DNA of 64,000 nucleotides from Rhina ancylostomus (taxonomy: Eukaryota), in NCBI GenBank assembly GCA_030265395.1, contig JARFYF010000104.1, positions 22,735,659 to 22,799,658 of the forward strand, read 5' to 3'. Each line of letters starts with the position of its first letter. Within the stretch, counting starts at the first letter, position 1. A model generated the notes under the pieces. It saw nothing but the letters and a program-made list of their open reading frames with translations, searched no databases and was not told the origin of the DNA. Position numbers and translations under genes: made by a program. Below, in pieces: positions 36,501 to 50,094 of the stretch.

Positions 36501-37583
36501 TATCTTGTATGGGTTCTTAAATATAACACTTCAATTAAAGATTATTTCATTTTCCTATGCAGAGATTTTGGCTCCTTCCGTTATTCCCAGTTAAACTATC
36601 ATTCCTGCCCAATAAAATGGATATGGGCATCCTTAGACATCTCTGTCAATGATGTTCTGAACTAAGCACTGAGAGCTACACGAGCACAAAGAATAATGTT
36701 TCCATCTCCTTGTAAGAGGATATAAAAAACACAATGGATTTAATAAATTTTCTTACAGTGAACTAATTGACATGTTCATGTATAATTCTTTTGTATGCTA
36801 GTGCAAATAGTCATTACCCATTTTTAAAACAAATTTATTTTAAATGGAATGATCATTGTATTCAAATAGTACATGAAAAAATTTTATGCAAACTGATTAA
36901 TTGAAATGCTACCAGAGGAAATTAAATCCCTATGGCATTTTCCATTTCAATTGAAATGCTAACCTCATAATTATTTGATAATAAATTCATATTAAATAAT
37001 TAAAATTCAGGGCACATCATTAATAGTTTATTCAGCTATTTACCTTAATTGTTGATTTATTCATACTGAAGATGACCATCCAGACGCTATGAAAGTGCAA
37101 GTCAAGGTAAAATATGTCTTCACAAAGAATTTGGAATTCTTTGTCACAAGCTCATTGTTGATGTGAAATCTATAGGTTCTTGTTAAGTGGGAATTAGAAA
37201 GATGCTTGAAGATGAATAGTAAAGTGCACTGTGTTGTGCAGAAGAATGGAATTAGCCTAGGTGGCTTCAGTGGAGAAAAACTAGATTCAGGAAATAAACT
37301 GGAGGCCAAAAGTGGTTAGATGGAAACATAATATGGTTAGGTTTTTCCCTTGGTATCTATCGCTAGATATTAAGGGAACAAGAATATTTATGATGCAAAT
37401 TATGAATGGTATATTAGAAAAGAGCATAGTCCCAAGCATAATGCTCCAAAAGTCATACTTAAAACCACTAATACTGAAAGAACTGATTGTTGCACATGAG
37501 CAATGTAAAATTAACAAACATAGCACTGTTATTATTCCAGCTTAAAGAACAAGAGATTACTAACAAAGGTAATAAAAAGAGGT

Positions 37584-37649
37584 ACTTCAAAGAATAGTGA
37601 ATGTCAGGGGCCAAAAACTTCAAAGAATAGTGAATGTCAGGGGCCAAAA
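37584..37649. repeat. 33-bp tandem duplication
   Basis: acttcaaagaatagtgaatgtcaggggccaaaa x2, ~30 bp from a gap. Confidence 0.9.
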
Positions 37650-38194
37650 AAGGTCAATTGAAGTAGAGAAGCTGCCCAGNNNNNNNNNNNNNNNNNNNNN
37701 NNNNNNNNNNNNNNNNNNNNNNNNNNNNNNNNNNNNNNNNNNNNNNNNNNNNNNNNNNNNNNNNNNNNNNNNNNNNNNNGGGGGGGGGGTTGAAGGGGAA
37801 AATAGCATAATACATGAAGTAAAACTTGTATTGACCAAATCAGTATGAAGTCAACTATCTCATGAACATGATTATTTTTCTTGGAGGTTTTGAATATCTG
37901 ACTCTTCACAAGTTTCTCCTGCCTTAAGCTGCCAATAAGAATATTTCTATTGAGTTTGAATTAGTTATTGTAATAAGTAAAAAAAACTTATAAGTAAAAA
38001 AAATAAGTAAAAATAAGTTTTTTCTGCTAAAATTTGGCAACATTTTCAAATTAATTAATAACCAAAGGTATTAGTTGCAAAATATTGGAAAATTTTCTCT
38101 GTATACTTTTTATGAGAAATACAACACTTCTTTGAAAAACAATAGTGTCCAAGCACTGAGGTTAAAACACAACAGCACTGAAAAAATTGGGGAA

Positions 38195-38440
38195 CCTACT
38201 TAATGATAAACTGCACAAGAATCAGTCTTATGTCAATCACCACAGAGGTACAACATATTTTTCTTAACAGAATAAGACCTCTTATTGACCCTACCTTCCA
38301 GGAAAAAAAACAGGCAGGTTTCTGTGCAGGGAAAAGCTGTCTCAACCAAATATACATTCTGTGCAGGCTTGTTGAGGGAACAACATAATAACAGCCCCTA
38401 TTTGTTACTTTCATTGATTTTAAAAAAACATTCAATTTGA
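38195..38440 (+). mobile_element. RTE/RTE-X LINE RT N-terminal fragment
   Basis: NCTRISLMSI..IFLNRIRPLIDP..QAGFCAGKSCLNQIYILCRLVE..PLFVTFIDFKKTF. Confidence 0.75.
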
Positions 38441-39319
38441 TTGATGAATGGTGAAAGTCAGAACCAAATAGGAAGAATCCATTCGACCCTTAGCGTAGAT
38501 ATGATATGAAATATTAATGACCACAAAACTAAGAACATCTAGCACATTCTATGTATACTGCTGTTCATAATTCATGATGCTCTCCAATAATAAACAATAT
38601 AGTGTGTTTCAGAAAGTGCCAAGAAGAGTCACTTTGCTATAACTTCATTGCTATAAGCAGCTTTGGCATTACAGTGTAAACAAAAATCTCATTAGAGTGA
38701 ACTTTCATGCAGGATTCCTGAAGGAAATTCTTGTTTGTTATTGACATTGATTATGTGCAGCAAAAATCAGAGTTTAAGTTTATGATTCCAAGAAGATCAA
38801 TGCAATGTCTTTTACTGTGCTTGATCACCTGTATGTTGAACTGCACATAATTATCAATAAAAAGAGTCTAACCATCTAAGAATTTCAAAAAGTGGGAACA
38901 TCATAAGTTCCAGAAATTTTGAATTCGTGATTATAGTAGGAAGGCAAAAGTCAAAACTATCCTGAAAGCTTAAATCATATCCTTTATAACATGGCAATTG
39001 GAAAGAAAGCAGTGCTCTCACTTTTTCTTGTTTACTCTTGCTCTTCATCTGCAAAAGTAGGGTCAGCTTTTACATCTATATTAATGATACCCTAGCTCAA
39101 CAAACACTTGTAACATTTACCTGTACTTCTGAGGAATGTGCTGTTTAAAAGAGTGGTGGTAGATTTGATAATAACAAAAGAAAATTAAAAAGCTTATATA
39201 AATTGTAGGTCTATGAGAAAAGGCACAAGGAAGAGACTAACTGAGTAGCTCTTTCAAAAAGTCAGCACAAGAATATTATGCTGGTTGGTCTCCTGTGTCA
39301 CTCTATAATTCAACCCATT

Positions 39320-40050
39320 ATGTTGAATCTAAAGCTTACCACAGTCTGTCACATTTCTGATTTCACATTCAGTCTTAGACAATTCTTAGCTCCAAGCTAT
39401 CATTGGGAAGACTGATGATGTCATCTTAAGTCAGTCAGCACAAAATCTGCTGTTTGTCCATTAATTCCACCCCCCTTTATTTCTCTGATTTACACCTGAC
39501 TGTCTGTGATCCTGGTACCCTATTTGATCTTCCACTCAGTTTCGGTCACCATATTGTTTTCATTTCTATGTGTTCTCTCACTTTTACTAATNNNNNNNNN
39601 NNNNNNNNNNNNNNNNNNNNNNNNNNNNNNNNNNNNNNNNNNNNNNNNNNNNNNNNNNNNNNNNNNNNNNNNNNNNNNNNNNNNNNNNNNNNNNNNNNNA
39701 ACACTCTCCATTCTGACCTCTCATTTGTTATTATCAGTAAATTCCAATCTGTCTAAAACTCTGAAATATCAATCCTACATTGGATTTGAACAGGGTTTAT
39801 CTGACTATAGGTCTTTTCACAACTCAGCTTCTTTATGCCTGGTCCATTGGAGGCACCACCCACAGTTTAGCAGGATGCCAATGACAGGAGTGCCTCCTCC
39901 TAAGCTCTTTGCCCATCTCCTCTCCTTTAAGCAACTTCTGAAAATATTGGTCACCACAACTTTGGTCACCTCTCATTTTCCATTTCAATGTCTTCTTTTT
40001 TTCCTCATAGCTGTCTGTGAAATGGTTTGGGTCATTTTTATATGTTAAAT
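39320..40050 (+). mobile_element. L2 LINE 3' region (spans a gap)
   Basis: PGTLFDLPLSFGHHI; 3' end cctctcctttaagcaacttctgaaa..tttggtcacc..tgtgaaatggtttgggtcatttt. Confidence 0.6.
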
Positions 40051-40184
40051 GAGGGCAGTCAAATGTAACTCCAAAAGGAGCACAAAGTGGGCAATACAGA
40101 TGGGCTGATATATACACTACACATAATAGAAGAAAAACCATCTATTTTGCACCAAACTTCAAATGTGCATACACAAAATTATAA

Positions 40185-40550
40185 AGGAAATATGAAAAGG
40201 ATGCTGGAAATACTCAGCAGGTCAGGCAGCATCTCTGGAGAGAGAAACAGATTTAATATTTCTGGTCAAAGGTTGATATTTGATCAGAATTAGGAAATGC
40301 TGAAATCAAAAATGCTAGTTCCTACATCTGAAACATAGCAGAGAAGAGGGAGGGATGGAGAGAACAAAGGGAATCCTGTGTTAGTGTGGAGACCGTGAGT
40401 GACTGAATGACACTAGCAGTGGTGGCGCTGACTGAGAGGGGATGGTGAAAGCTTGTTAATGGCAGCTGATCTGTTTGGAGGAGATAGAAAGAGAAAGAGC
40501 TGAAGAAGTTCAGTGGAGAGGGAGAGAAAAAAAAACTGCTGGAACTGTGA
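40185..40550 (-). mobile_element. Penelope-like terminal segment and UTR
   Basis: atgctggaaatactcagcaggtcaggcagcatctctggagagagaaacag; UTR shared with 52780-52975. Confidence 0.65.
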
Positions 40551-40574
40551 AATACTAGAATAACACTATGAAAA

Positions 40575-42012
40575 AGGAGCAGATATTAGATGACTTAGTT
40601 GGGTTCAAGGTGGATAAATTCTCAAGGCTTGATGAGATGTATGCTAGGCTTTTATTGGACGCACAGGAGGAGACTGATGAGACTCTGACAGAACTATTTA
40701 AATCTTTGCTGGCAACAGGTGGGGTGCTGGATGACTGGAGGCCAGTAAATGTGAGATACAAGAGACTGTGGATGGTGGAATCTGTAGCAATACACAAAAA
40801 GGTGGAGGGGCTTACTCAGATGCTGCCTGACAGTAGATGTGATACCTTTATTCTTAAATGGCAATAGTCCTGTGAGTCTAACTTCAGTGGTAGGGAAGGT
40901 ATTAGGACAAAATTTGAGGGACAGTGTTGATCTACACTTGGAAAAACGAGGATTAATCAAGGATAGTGAGCTTGCCTTTGTTAGGTGGTAATCTTATCTG
41001 ACCAATTTGATTGAACCTTTTGAAGAGGTAACAAGGTGTATTAATAAGTGCAGTGCAGTTGATGTGATCAGTAAGGCAATTGACAAGATCCCACATGGGA
41101 GACTGGTCTAAAAGGGGAGTGCCCATGGGATCCAAGGCAAGCTGACAAATTGGATCAAACATTGGCTTGGTAATATAAGGCAGAGAGTGAAGATGGAGGG
41201 TTGTTTTTGTGATTGGAAACTTATGACCAGTGGTGTACAACAGAGATTTGTGCTGGGACCCTTACTGTTTATTATATACTTTAATGTTTGATGTGAATGT
41301 AGGAGGTATGATCAGTATGTTTGCAGATAACATAAAAAGTAGTGGAGTTGTTGATAGTGAGGAGAGTAGTCTTAGGCTACAGGACAATATTGTTGAGTTG
41401 CTAAAATGGATGGAACAATGGCAGATAAAATTTAATCCAAATTAATGTGAGGACTAATAAGGCTAGGATATACACAATGAGTGGTAGAACTTTAGGAAGT
41501 ATGGAGGAACAAAGGGACTTTGCTCCATATGTCCAAGAATCCCTGAAGGTAGCAGCACAGGTGGATAAGTTGGCTAAGGAAGCCTATAGGATACTTGCCC
41601 TAAGTAGATGGAGCATAGAATATCAGATCTGGGAGGATATGGTACAATTTTATAAAACATCAGTTAGGCCATAGCTGGATAACTTTATAGGAAGGATGTG
41701 AGTGCTCAGGGAAGGTCAGAGGAGATTCACGGGGATATTGCCTGGAATGGAGTATTTTCTGATACTGGATAGACTGGATTTGTTTTCCTTGGAGTAGAGG
41801 AGGCTGAGGGTCACATATATGGTAAATGCTAAGAAACTAGAGGGCATAGGTTTAAGATAAGGTGTAAGACGTTTAAAGAGGACCTGAGGAATATTTTTCT
41901 TCATCCAGAGAGGGATTGGAATCTGGAATGCACTGCCTGAAATGTTGATGGAGGCAGAGACTCTCAGAACATTTAAGAAGTATTTACGTAAGCAGTTGAA
42001 TAGCCAAGGCAT
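40575..42012 (+). mobile_element. CR1 LINE ORF2 (RT to 3' end), degenerate
   Basis: KVDKFSRLDEMYARLL..LTELFKSLLATGGVLDDWRPVNV; VGGMISMFADNIKSSGVVDSEESSLRLQDNI..WMEQWQIKFNP; VDKLAKEAYRILA. Confidence 0.9.
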
Positions 42013-43119
42013 ATACTGTAAATATGAAAACCTTTACACTGAAAATTCAAGAGAACATTGAAAATCAAGGTCTATCTGGCTTGATATAATGACTAGCAAA
42101 ATTTAACAAGGGCTCACTGTATAATGTGGAAGTTCAAATACATATACCTTCTGCTGCAAAGGACCTTTGTTTGAGGTCACACACTTGATGCACATCACTA
42201 ACAAGAATGCTTAAGGCAGTGTGCACTGTCCAAATCTATCCATTAGTGCTAACTGCATTAGGTGAAGTATATTCTCAGAAGCCGGAAGATGAGTCAGTCT
42301 TCACCTACACACTCTTAGCAATTTGTCCATGGTAAACAAAGCAGAGCAGAATCAAGACTCCAACTATTAGGCTGGGCTAATTAGAAATAATGAATTTATG
42401 CATGAATGTTGCACAGGGCAGCCAATTTTATGATCTTTCTACACCCCACAGTTCTACACTTCATGGATGATAATACTCTTATATACTGTTTTTAATTGTA
42501 CATTTTGATTTGCATATTTTGATAAGGTTGTGGAAGATCACTCACGTATTTTACAAAAATAGCCAATTGTTCATGTTACTACAAGTCAATCTTTTCTACA
42601 TTTGCAAAGATAAATTTTTTAATGTCACCATCCATTTTGGTAGAGCAGTTTTTTTTGTGTGGCATTTGATCAATTCCTTAAGACTTGATTCATGTTAATA
42701 ATCTGTAGTAGCAAGAAGTCTGATAACAATGGGTCTCTTTTAATGGAATGGGTAGGAATTCTAGCTTGTGCATTTGGAAAGTCCAACTGTCCCACATGTT
42801 CCCAACTTTGATCACCAGCCAGCTTTAGTAAGTTTCTAAATAGAAAATTATGTCAGCTTTCTTAGTGGCTCTGTTCCCATCTTCAACAAAACTGGGATTC
42901 CAACCATCTGGCGGAAGTGAAATTAATGGGGCATACACTATCTGAACTAAGACGCTTCCACTAAGGTGAGGGAAGAAAATTGATTCAATACTGTACGATT
43001 AGCAAGTATTTTGGTGCCAATTGTTTAATATTCAGCTGATAATATAATTTTCTGTATCTCTCATCAAGGGTGAATGTGGGATGTTTCCCTTGGTTAAGGA
43101 TTGTAGACCTGGGGGCCAA

Positions 43120-43850
43120 TAAGAACATAAATAAAAACAGGAGGAGGAGTTGGCCGATCATCACTTGAGCCTGCTCTGCCATTCAATTGGCCTCAATAAC
43201 CATTTTCCCACTCTCTCCCCATACTCTTTGACTCCTTTGTAGTTTAAATATCTGTTATTTTCCACTTTGAATACACTGAATGACTCCATCTCCATTCTCT
43301 CTGGGGTAGGGAATTCCAAACAGACACAACCTTCTGAGAGTAGAAATTCCTTCTCATTGTCCCTCTTAAATGGGAAACCCCCTTATTCTGAAACTATACC
43401 CCCTAGTACTAGGTACCCCATTAGGGGAAACATCCTCTCAGCATCCACCCTATTAATCCCCTCTCAGAAGCCTGTTTATTTTTTCCCCCATAAGATCATT
43501 ATTCTAAACCCTAATGAGTAGAAGCCCAATCTGCTTGACCTCTCTTCATTCACAGTCTCAGAATAAGAGGCAGGTCATTAGAAATGAAATTACAGGAAAT
43601 TTCTTCACTCAGAGGTGGTGAATCTATNNNNNNNNNNAATTCTCTACCCCTTGGGTCTATGGAGACCCCATTACTGATCACATTCAAAACAGAGAATGAC
43701 AGTTTCTTGATAATAGAGAAATCAAGAGATATGGGGATAGGGCATGAAAATGGTATTGAGATAGATCAGCAATACCCTTGTTGAATGATGGAGTAAGCTT
43801 GGGAAGCTAATTAACCTACTCCTGCTTCTATTTTTTAATGTTCTTATATA
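43120..43850. mobile_element. Two CR1 3' ends in opposite orientation
   Basis: Minus-strand tail taagaacata..aggagttggcc..gagcctgctctgccattcaat (43120-43550); plus-strand tail ..cctactcctgcttctattttttaatgttctta (43552-43847). Confidence 0.75.
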
Positions 43851-45789
43851 CCAGTTTTAAAATGTTGCCTTTGCCTCATGAAAAGCTACGACAATTGCAC
43901 CTGCTCTGTGCTCAGCAAGCACGGGTGGTGAATGTAAGAAGGTGCTCCTTTGCCTTGGAAGCAGAAGACCTTCTTGCTTTGGTTGGTGAAGGCTCAATAT
44001 AGACGGTTGTTTGTGGGCACGAGGACTTAAAGGCTTGTTGTTCTAATACATCTATTGCTGTAAGGTTCAGCACACAAGATGCCTATTAGTCTAAAGTGCC
44101 ACTTGTACTCATTCCCAACACATAAACCTCTGTCCTTTAAGGTGCTGTTGAATGTTATTCACATTTGGTCGTCCTTCCTAATTTCCCTCCTGCAAATTGA
44201 CAACCTATTTATTGGAGAGTGTGTTTGATGCTGGCATTTCGTCAACTATATTATGATGGGATCTCAGGACTAGAACAGATTGAGTCCTTTGCTGACATCC
44301 TTACCCTTCCAAATAAAGCTCATCACGAACAGACTTTCCTCTGTTTGTAAGCACTGTTGTCCTTTGAACAAAGACAAGGTGCTAGAAACACAGGAGGAGT
44401 CTGTCAGCATCAGTAAACGGACAACAGAGGTTATGGTGTGAACCCTGAAATATCATCTTGCCTTTTCTCTCTACTGACGTAGAATGATCTTTGTATATTT
44501 TGGGCACATTCTGCTTTTATTTCTGATATCCTGAACTTGCAGTTTTTCCCTTTGATTTATCCATTATCTTTTATCTTAATGAGCATGAACAAACAAACTA
44601 ATTGTATATAAACATTTCTCTATGCTTTCATAAATGAAGCATTTTGAGCTATTTCTGACATAACTTTATATTACCACTGTCTATAAATGAACACTTTTCT
44701 TTAAAGAAATATAAATCTTTCTGTGGTGAAGTTTTCTTTCTTTCTCAAGCTTCAATTAAAATTTTGCATGGAATTTGTTGTCTGCCAAGAAGAATTACCA
44801 TTGCACCTGCAAGTATAATATGTAAGCAATTAATATGCTTTTAAAAGGAACTTCCATATTTTAGTGTAACTGCCTGATAATGCAAAGAGCAGAAACAAGC
44901 TGCCACTCAGCAAAAAAAAATCTGTCAAAGCTGAAGATTTAAAGATTATTTCCCATCTTACTCCTGACCAAAGTAGTGACATTGCAATACACTCCTACCA
45001 TTTATGTCAAACATATTTACTTGCACTTCTCAATACTGACAAAAATGTTAGGACCTGGTCTTTTTGCTGCACCTAATTCATATCAAATGTTGGTGTGCAT
45101 ATTGACAACAACACAAACACTGAACCACACTTAATTTCATTTTTTAAAGAAGTGAACAATTTTAAATGCTTTTTGACACCTATGTCAACAAGTTTTTGGC
45201 ATGGGATATTTCATTACTAACAAAAGGTATATAAAGTATATATGTATAAATAAAAGTTAGCCCTATTAATCTCAGCAGGCAAAAAACTTGCTTCCTGGAA
45301 AATCTTGTTATTAAAAACTAAGCTAATCTATATTGTTTTTATTATTAGTAATTAGGAATTTAAAAAAGGAAAGATTTAGCAGTTTGGGAACCTATAAAAC
45401 GGTAAAGATATACAGAGAAATGTTATGAAGTACAAGAAGAAAATAAGAAAAGTTACAAGCAATACCACAGCTAACCGCAATTTATAAGTATTAAGTGAAA
45501 CAGTGGAGCAATAGAAAATGTGTCTTTGAAAGATGGTTGCAGATGAGGCTGTAGTAGATAATAAAAGAACAGTCATGTTAAGTGCAACACGCACAAAATG
45601 CTGGAGGAACTCAGCAGGTCAGGCAGCATTTTGTATGTATTGCTCCAAATTCCAACATCTGCAGAATCTCTTGAGTCATGTTAAGTGAGTACATTTTATC
45701 TGGAGAAGGACACATTAGCACTGAGCCCTAAAAGCATTTCAAGAGGAAAATCTTATTGGATTTAATAACAGAAGGAAAAAAAATGTAAT

Positions 45790-46500
45790 GAAGAGAATAA
45801 TGAGACCAAAATTGAACAAGTTTCTGGAACCTGCTTGTTATATGTTGGATTATTAAAAGAAATAGGTGATGCATTGGCCATAAGCTTATAAAGCTTTCCA
45901 GAAAGGAGCTGAGTTTGGATCGGATCTATCACCCCATTATTCAACAATGGAGGAAAAAATCAATATGCTAAAGATCTGTCAGCTTAATATTATTGTAGGG
46001 AAGTTACTGAAATCTATTTTCAGAACCGATTAAGTATCTACTGATCAAGAGTCATCTTGGAGTTGTGAAGGTGTGTCTGATTAGTCTAATTGGATTTTTT
46101 TGAGGTCATTAGTTTAGCAAAAAAGTGTTTATGTAGGGGAATTGGAGTAGCGGTGGTGTTTGACGGGTGATTGGTCTCTATTGAATACTTTCTCTGTGGA
46201 CTTACAGAAAGTATTAGGTATGATTCTACACAAGTGATTATTAGCAAAATGGAAAGCATATGGAGAGAAAAGCGTGACGTGTGTTAGTAATCCTTTGTGA
46301 ATTAGGAGACAAAGTAAGGATGGAGGAAACTTTTTTTGATTGAGAGGTCAAGCTTTTTACAATATATATTAATAACTTGGTTGAAGCACTAGTGACTTGT
46401 GTATGGCACTGTTTCACAGATGGCATTGTTTGAAAGCATAGTCAATGTTTAAGTTAGACCAGAAGGTTCAAAGGTACATAGGTCTAATGAAGGCAAAGGG
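45790..46500 (+). mobile_element. Highly decayed CR1 RT remnant
   Basis: Residual CR1 ORF2 motifs (LLKEIGDALAISL, PVSL.SIVGKLLKSI, FTIYINNL). Confidence 0.5.
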
Positions 46501-46504
46501 GACT

Positions 46505-46692
46505 CTGATTCAGGAACAACTTCTTCCTCTCCACCATCAGATTTCTGAATGGTCCATGAACACCACCTTGTTAGTCTTTGTTTGCACCATTTATTTTTGT
46601 AACTTAATATAATTTTTATGTCTTTGCACTGTACTGCTGCTACAAAACAACAAATTTCACAACATATGTCAGTGATAATAAAACTGATTCTG
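46505..46692 (+). mobile_element. Rex1-type LINE 3' end
   Basis: RNNFFLSTIRFLNG then ttgcactgtactgctgctacaaaacaacaaatttcacaacatatgtcagtgataataaaactgattctga. Confidence 0.75.
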
Positions 46693-46947
46693 ACGAGCAC
46701 AGGAAGGCACCTTGGTCATTGTGGATGAGTTGGGCTGAAGTGCCCATTTCTGTGACATCCTACAATTCCAGAAATGAGAAAGTTGCAAGGATATTGAAAG
46801 CATTGATAGCGATCTCTCAAAATTTCTTGTGTTTTGGAATAATGCTAGTATATTCAAAGATAGCAAATCAAACCCATGTTCAAAAAGGGAATGACAGAGA
46901 AAACGGGGAATCTCAAGTAATTTTGTTGGGTGAATACTGTGTGTGTA

Positions 46948-46950
<3 letters not shown>

Positions 46951-47027
<77 letters not shown>
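46951..47027. repeat. (AC)38 microsatellite
   Basis: Directly visible; preceded by (TG)4TACGT. Confidence 0.98.
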
Positions 47028-47029
<2 letters not shown>

Positions 47030-50000
47030 TTGACAAAGTCATTGTGGTCTTATGAAAAAACATTATGCTTGATAAATCTAAGAATAGTTTTTAAGCACAC
47101 AGTTAGTAAGGTAGGTAAAATGAAACCAGCAAATGTAAGATGTGTTTATTTCCAAAAGTTATTCAGCAAAGTGTTACCCTGGAGTCCTTATTTGGATTTC
47201 TACAAATATTTCAAAGTAGATAGATGATTAGTTAAGGGATGGAAAGCTGTGCAAGAATGAATGAATTATGTTTGGGTGGACAAGTTATTAAGAGTGGGGT
47301 GCCATGGGCTGGGATTGTGCATGTTATCCATTTGTATTACCTTGGATTTAGCATTGTAATGATAAAACTGTTAGCTTCTACCTTGCAAATAACATCAGAC
47401 TTTGGCATTTTTATGAATGCAGAATTTTCAAAGAAAAAAACAAAGCTGCTCTTGGTAATTCAGCACTCCTCCACAGATTTTGCTACTTTGTAGCCTTCGC
47501 CATTTTAATTAAAGGAAACCAGTGATCTGTTCAGAAGTACTTATGAATTACTCTTGGCATAAAATAATGTGCTTTTTGCCAGTGGTTAATTTTTTTAGTG
47601 GCAAACTCAGTCACAGTAACTACTTGACCAACTCTCTAGAGAGAGAAAAACCCTGATTTCTACTTGTGTGAATGGATCATATTTCTTTTGGCTAAATAAT
47701 TCTAAATCTAATGTTTCTTTTAACTATTAGCAAATGGTTTGTTTAGGAAATTTCAGCTTCTGCTTTGGTGTTGCGTATGTGTTCCTATCTTCTTTTAGTG
47801 GACAATAATGTGTTTAAAAGATCGGTGTAAAATTTTGATATCCCTCTCTTTGCCCCCAGTTTGCTGTTTCCCAGAATTCTCCAATGTGATCAGCTCATGT
47901 GCCAGTTTGATAATGTCACTTGACTGGATGCTAGGAATCTTCTTCCTAAAATATGTCTGAGCACAACTGAAATTTGGAAAGGAATGCTCACCACAAAGAT
48001 CGTAAGTACTGGAAGTCACATACAGCACATTTTATTTCCAGCCCACTTCCTTTTGACAAATCTGATAGTTTTAAGGTTGCTTCTGCTGCTGTCAGATTTT
48101 AACTTCAGTCTATTTTAAAACCAACTTCAAATCTGGACCCTACTCCCAAGGGTCATTAGGTGAGGCTTCCAAATTACAAAACCAGCATTATAATCACTAC
48201 ACATTCATAATTACTGATATGTAATATTTTTTCTATCACTAATAATATTACTGGAGCATCTTCCCCCAACAGCACCAGATGNNNNNNNNNNNNNNNNNNN
48301 NNNNNNNNNNNNNNNNNNNNNNNNNNNNNNNNNNNNNNNNNNNNNNNNNNNNNNNNNNNNNNNNNNNNNNNNNNNNNNNNNCAGCCCATCTACTTTACAT
48401 CTGAGAAAGTCAAGTTAGAACAATGTTTCAACAGTGGGAGATTAGGAGTTTAGGAGGAACAAATGGTATCTATGATGGATGGAATTCAGAAGTGAAGATG
48501 TGACCCAAAAGTAAATTATTGCAGATGCTGGAAACAGAAAATTCTGAGTTTTAGTGAAGGTACAGCTCCAGGGAACTATGGTCAGGCCCAAAATGGAGTC
48601 CTGTTCTGTTTCATGTACTGAATTTTAGAAAAGATATATCGGATTTGAATGAAACTGCACAGTTTCACCTTTGTAAAATCAGGGCAGGCTGCATAAACCT
48701 TGTGTGTATTTCTTTGAATTTATGTGGTTAAGTGGCAATAGAAATGTGATGTTATGAACTATGCCATCGCTGACTGAAATTAGGAAGCAATTTTTTGCAT
48801 GTGAAGGATGGGGAAAATCCTGATCTCCCTCCAAAAATGTGTGCTGAATCAATCAAACTTTACACAATCAGTAAAGTAACAAAAGCTGATAAATAAAATT
48901 CAGCTACAGACCATCCATTATCCTTTTGGAAAAGGCTTGAGAGGGAATGAGCACGTTACGTTATGTTCCTATATTTCAATGTTCCTATTTCTTGTATCTT
49001 ATTTTTATCATAAAATGTGCAACTGTCCAAATATTTGTAATGTCCACTTTAGTCAACCAATTAGGATGGATCTTAATGTGTTGGCACAAATATGTGGCAC
49101 TGTAAAGAAGGTCCAAGGTTTTACAGCTACTGTTTACCTGGATCTTGTTGTATTATGAAATACCTCCATCTAGTGGCAATTTAAAATAAATTCTTCAAAG
49201 ATTTTTGTTGTTGAAATTATTTGGGATTAAACTTCTGGTTTGGCAGATTGATTGTCCTCCTCCATCATTTTCAATTGATCCCACAAAATGTCTACTTAGT
49301 AATTTTTTTTCAGATGTGTATTTACAGAAGGATAATAGATTACCACTCTGTTACTGATTTATATTAATAGGATTGTAAATTCATGGCAACTGGCTTCAGT
49401 ATTATTTTGGTATTAAAGCAAACTGAAATTTGCCTTTTGGATCATTGTCATTATTTATTTCATACACCTATTTCATTTATTTCCATAACTGCTAGGTTCT
49501 TGTCAGTGTGTTAGGGTTGCACTTAGATTTATATGTTTCACATTTTAAAATATAATCTGATAGATAATACAAAATTACTGACAAGGCAAAACATGCATAT
49601 TTTCCTGATTTGGTTGGAAAACAGGAAAATCTGCCCATATCTACAAAATGGAGGAACTCCTGCTTAATGAGGGATTACGATGGAAAAATGTTTTTATTCT
49701 GTAAAGTTTTAGTTTGTTGAATGGCTTTTGGTACCCTCAGCAGTTGGTCTTACAACATGTATATATTGAAAACAATTATTATATGACATTTCACAATAAC
49801 TTAATTAAATATTGTCACCTTAATATCTTCACTTAAGTTCTGTATTTCAAGATCTCAATCTCTCAGACATACTTGAGTTTTCATCTTGCAACATTTGGAT
49901 ATCTTTCAACCATATCTATTATTTTGAGCATATTTAATTTACAGAATATCTTAATATGTGATGTGAGTATCTAAGAAATGAATTATGCACAGCATGGGTA

Positions 50001-50094
50001 GAATTCTGAGCTTCTTCTGATAAACACCTACCTCATTGGTGGTTAATATGGTAGCCACACTACTAACCACTAATGTGATTAGCCACCAAATAAC

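Noticed and set aside
37584-37649. 33-bp tandem duplication as a functional element
   Set aside because: No motif, close to a gap; ordinary slippage or artefact.
46669-47227. Poly-CV and poly-HT ORFs
   Set aside because: Translations of the (AC)n microsatellite.
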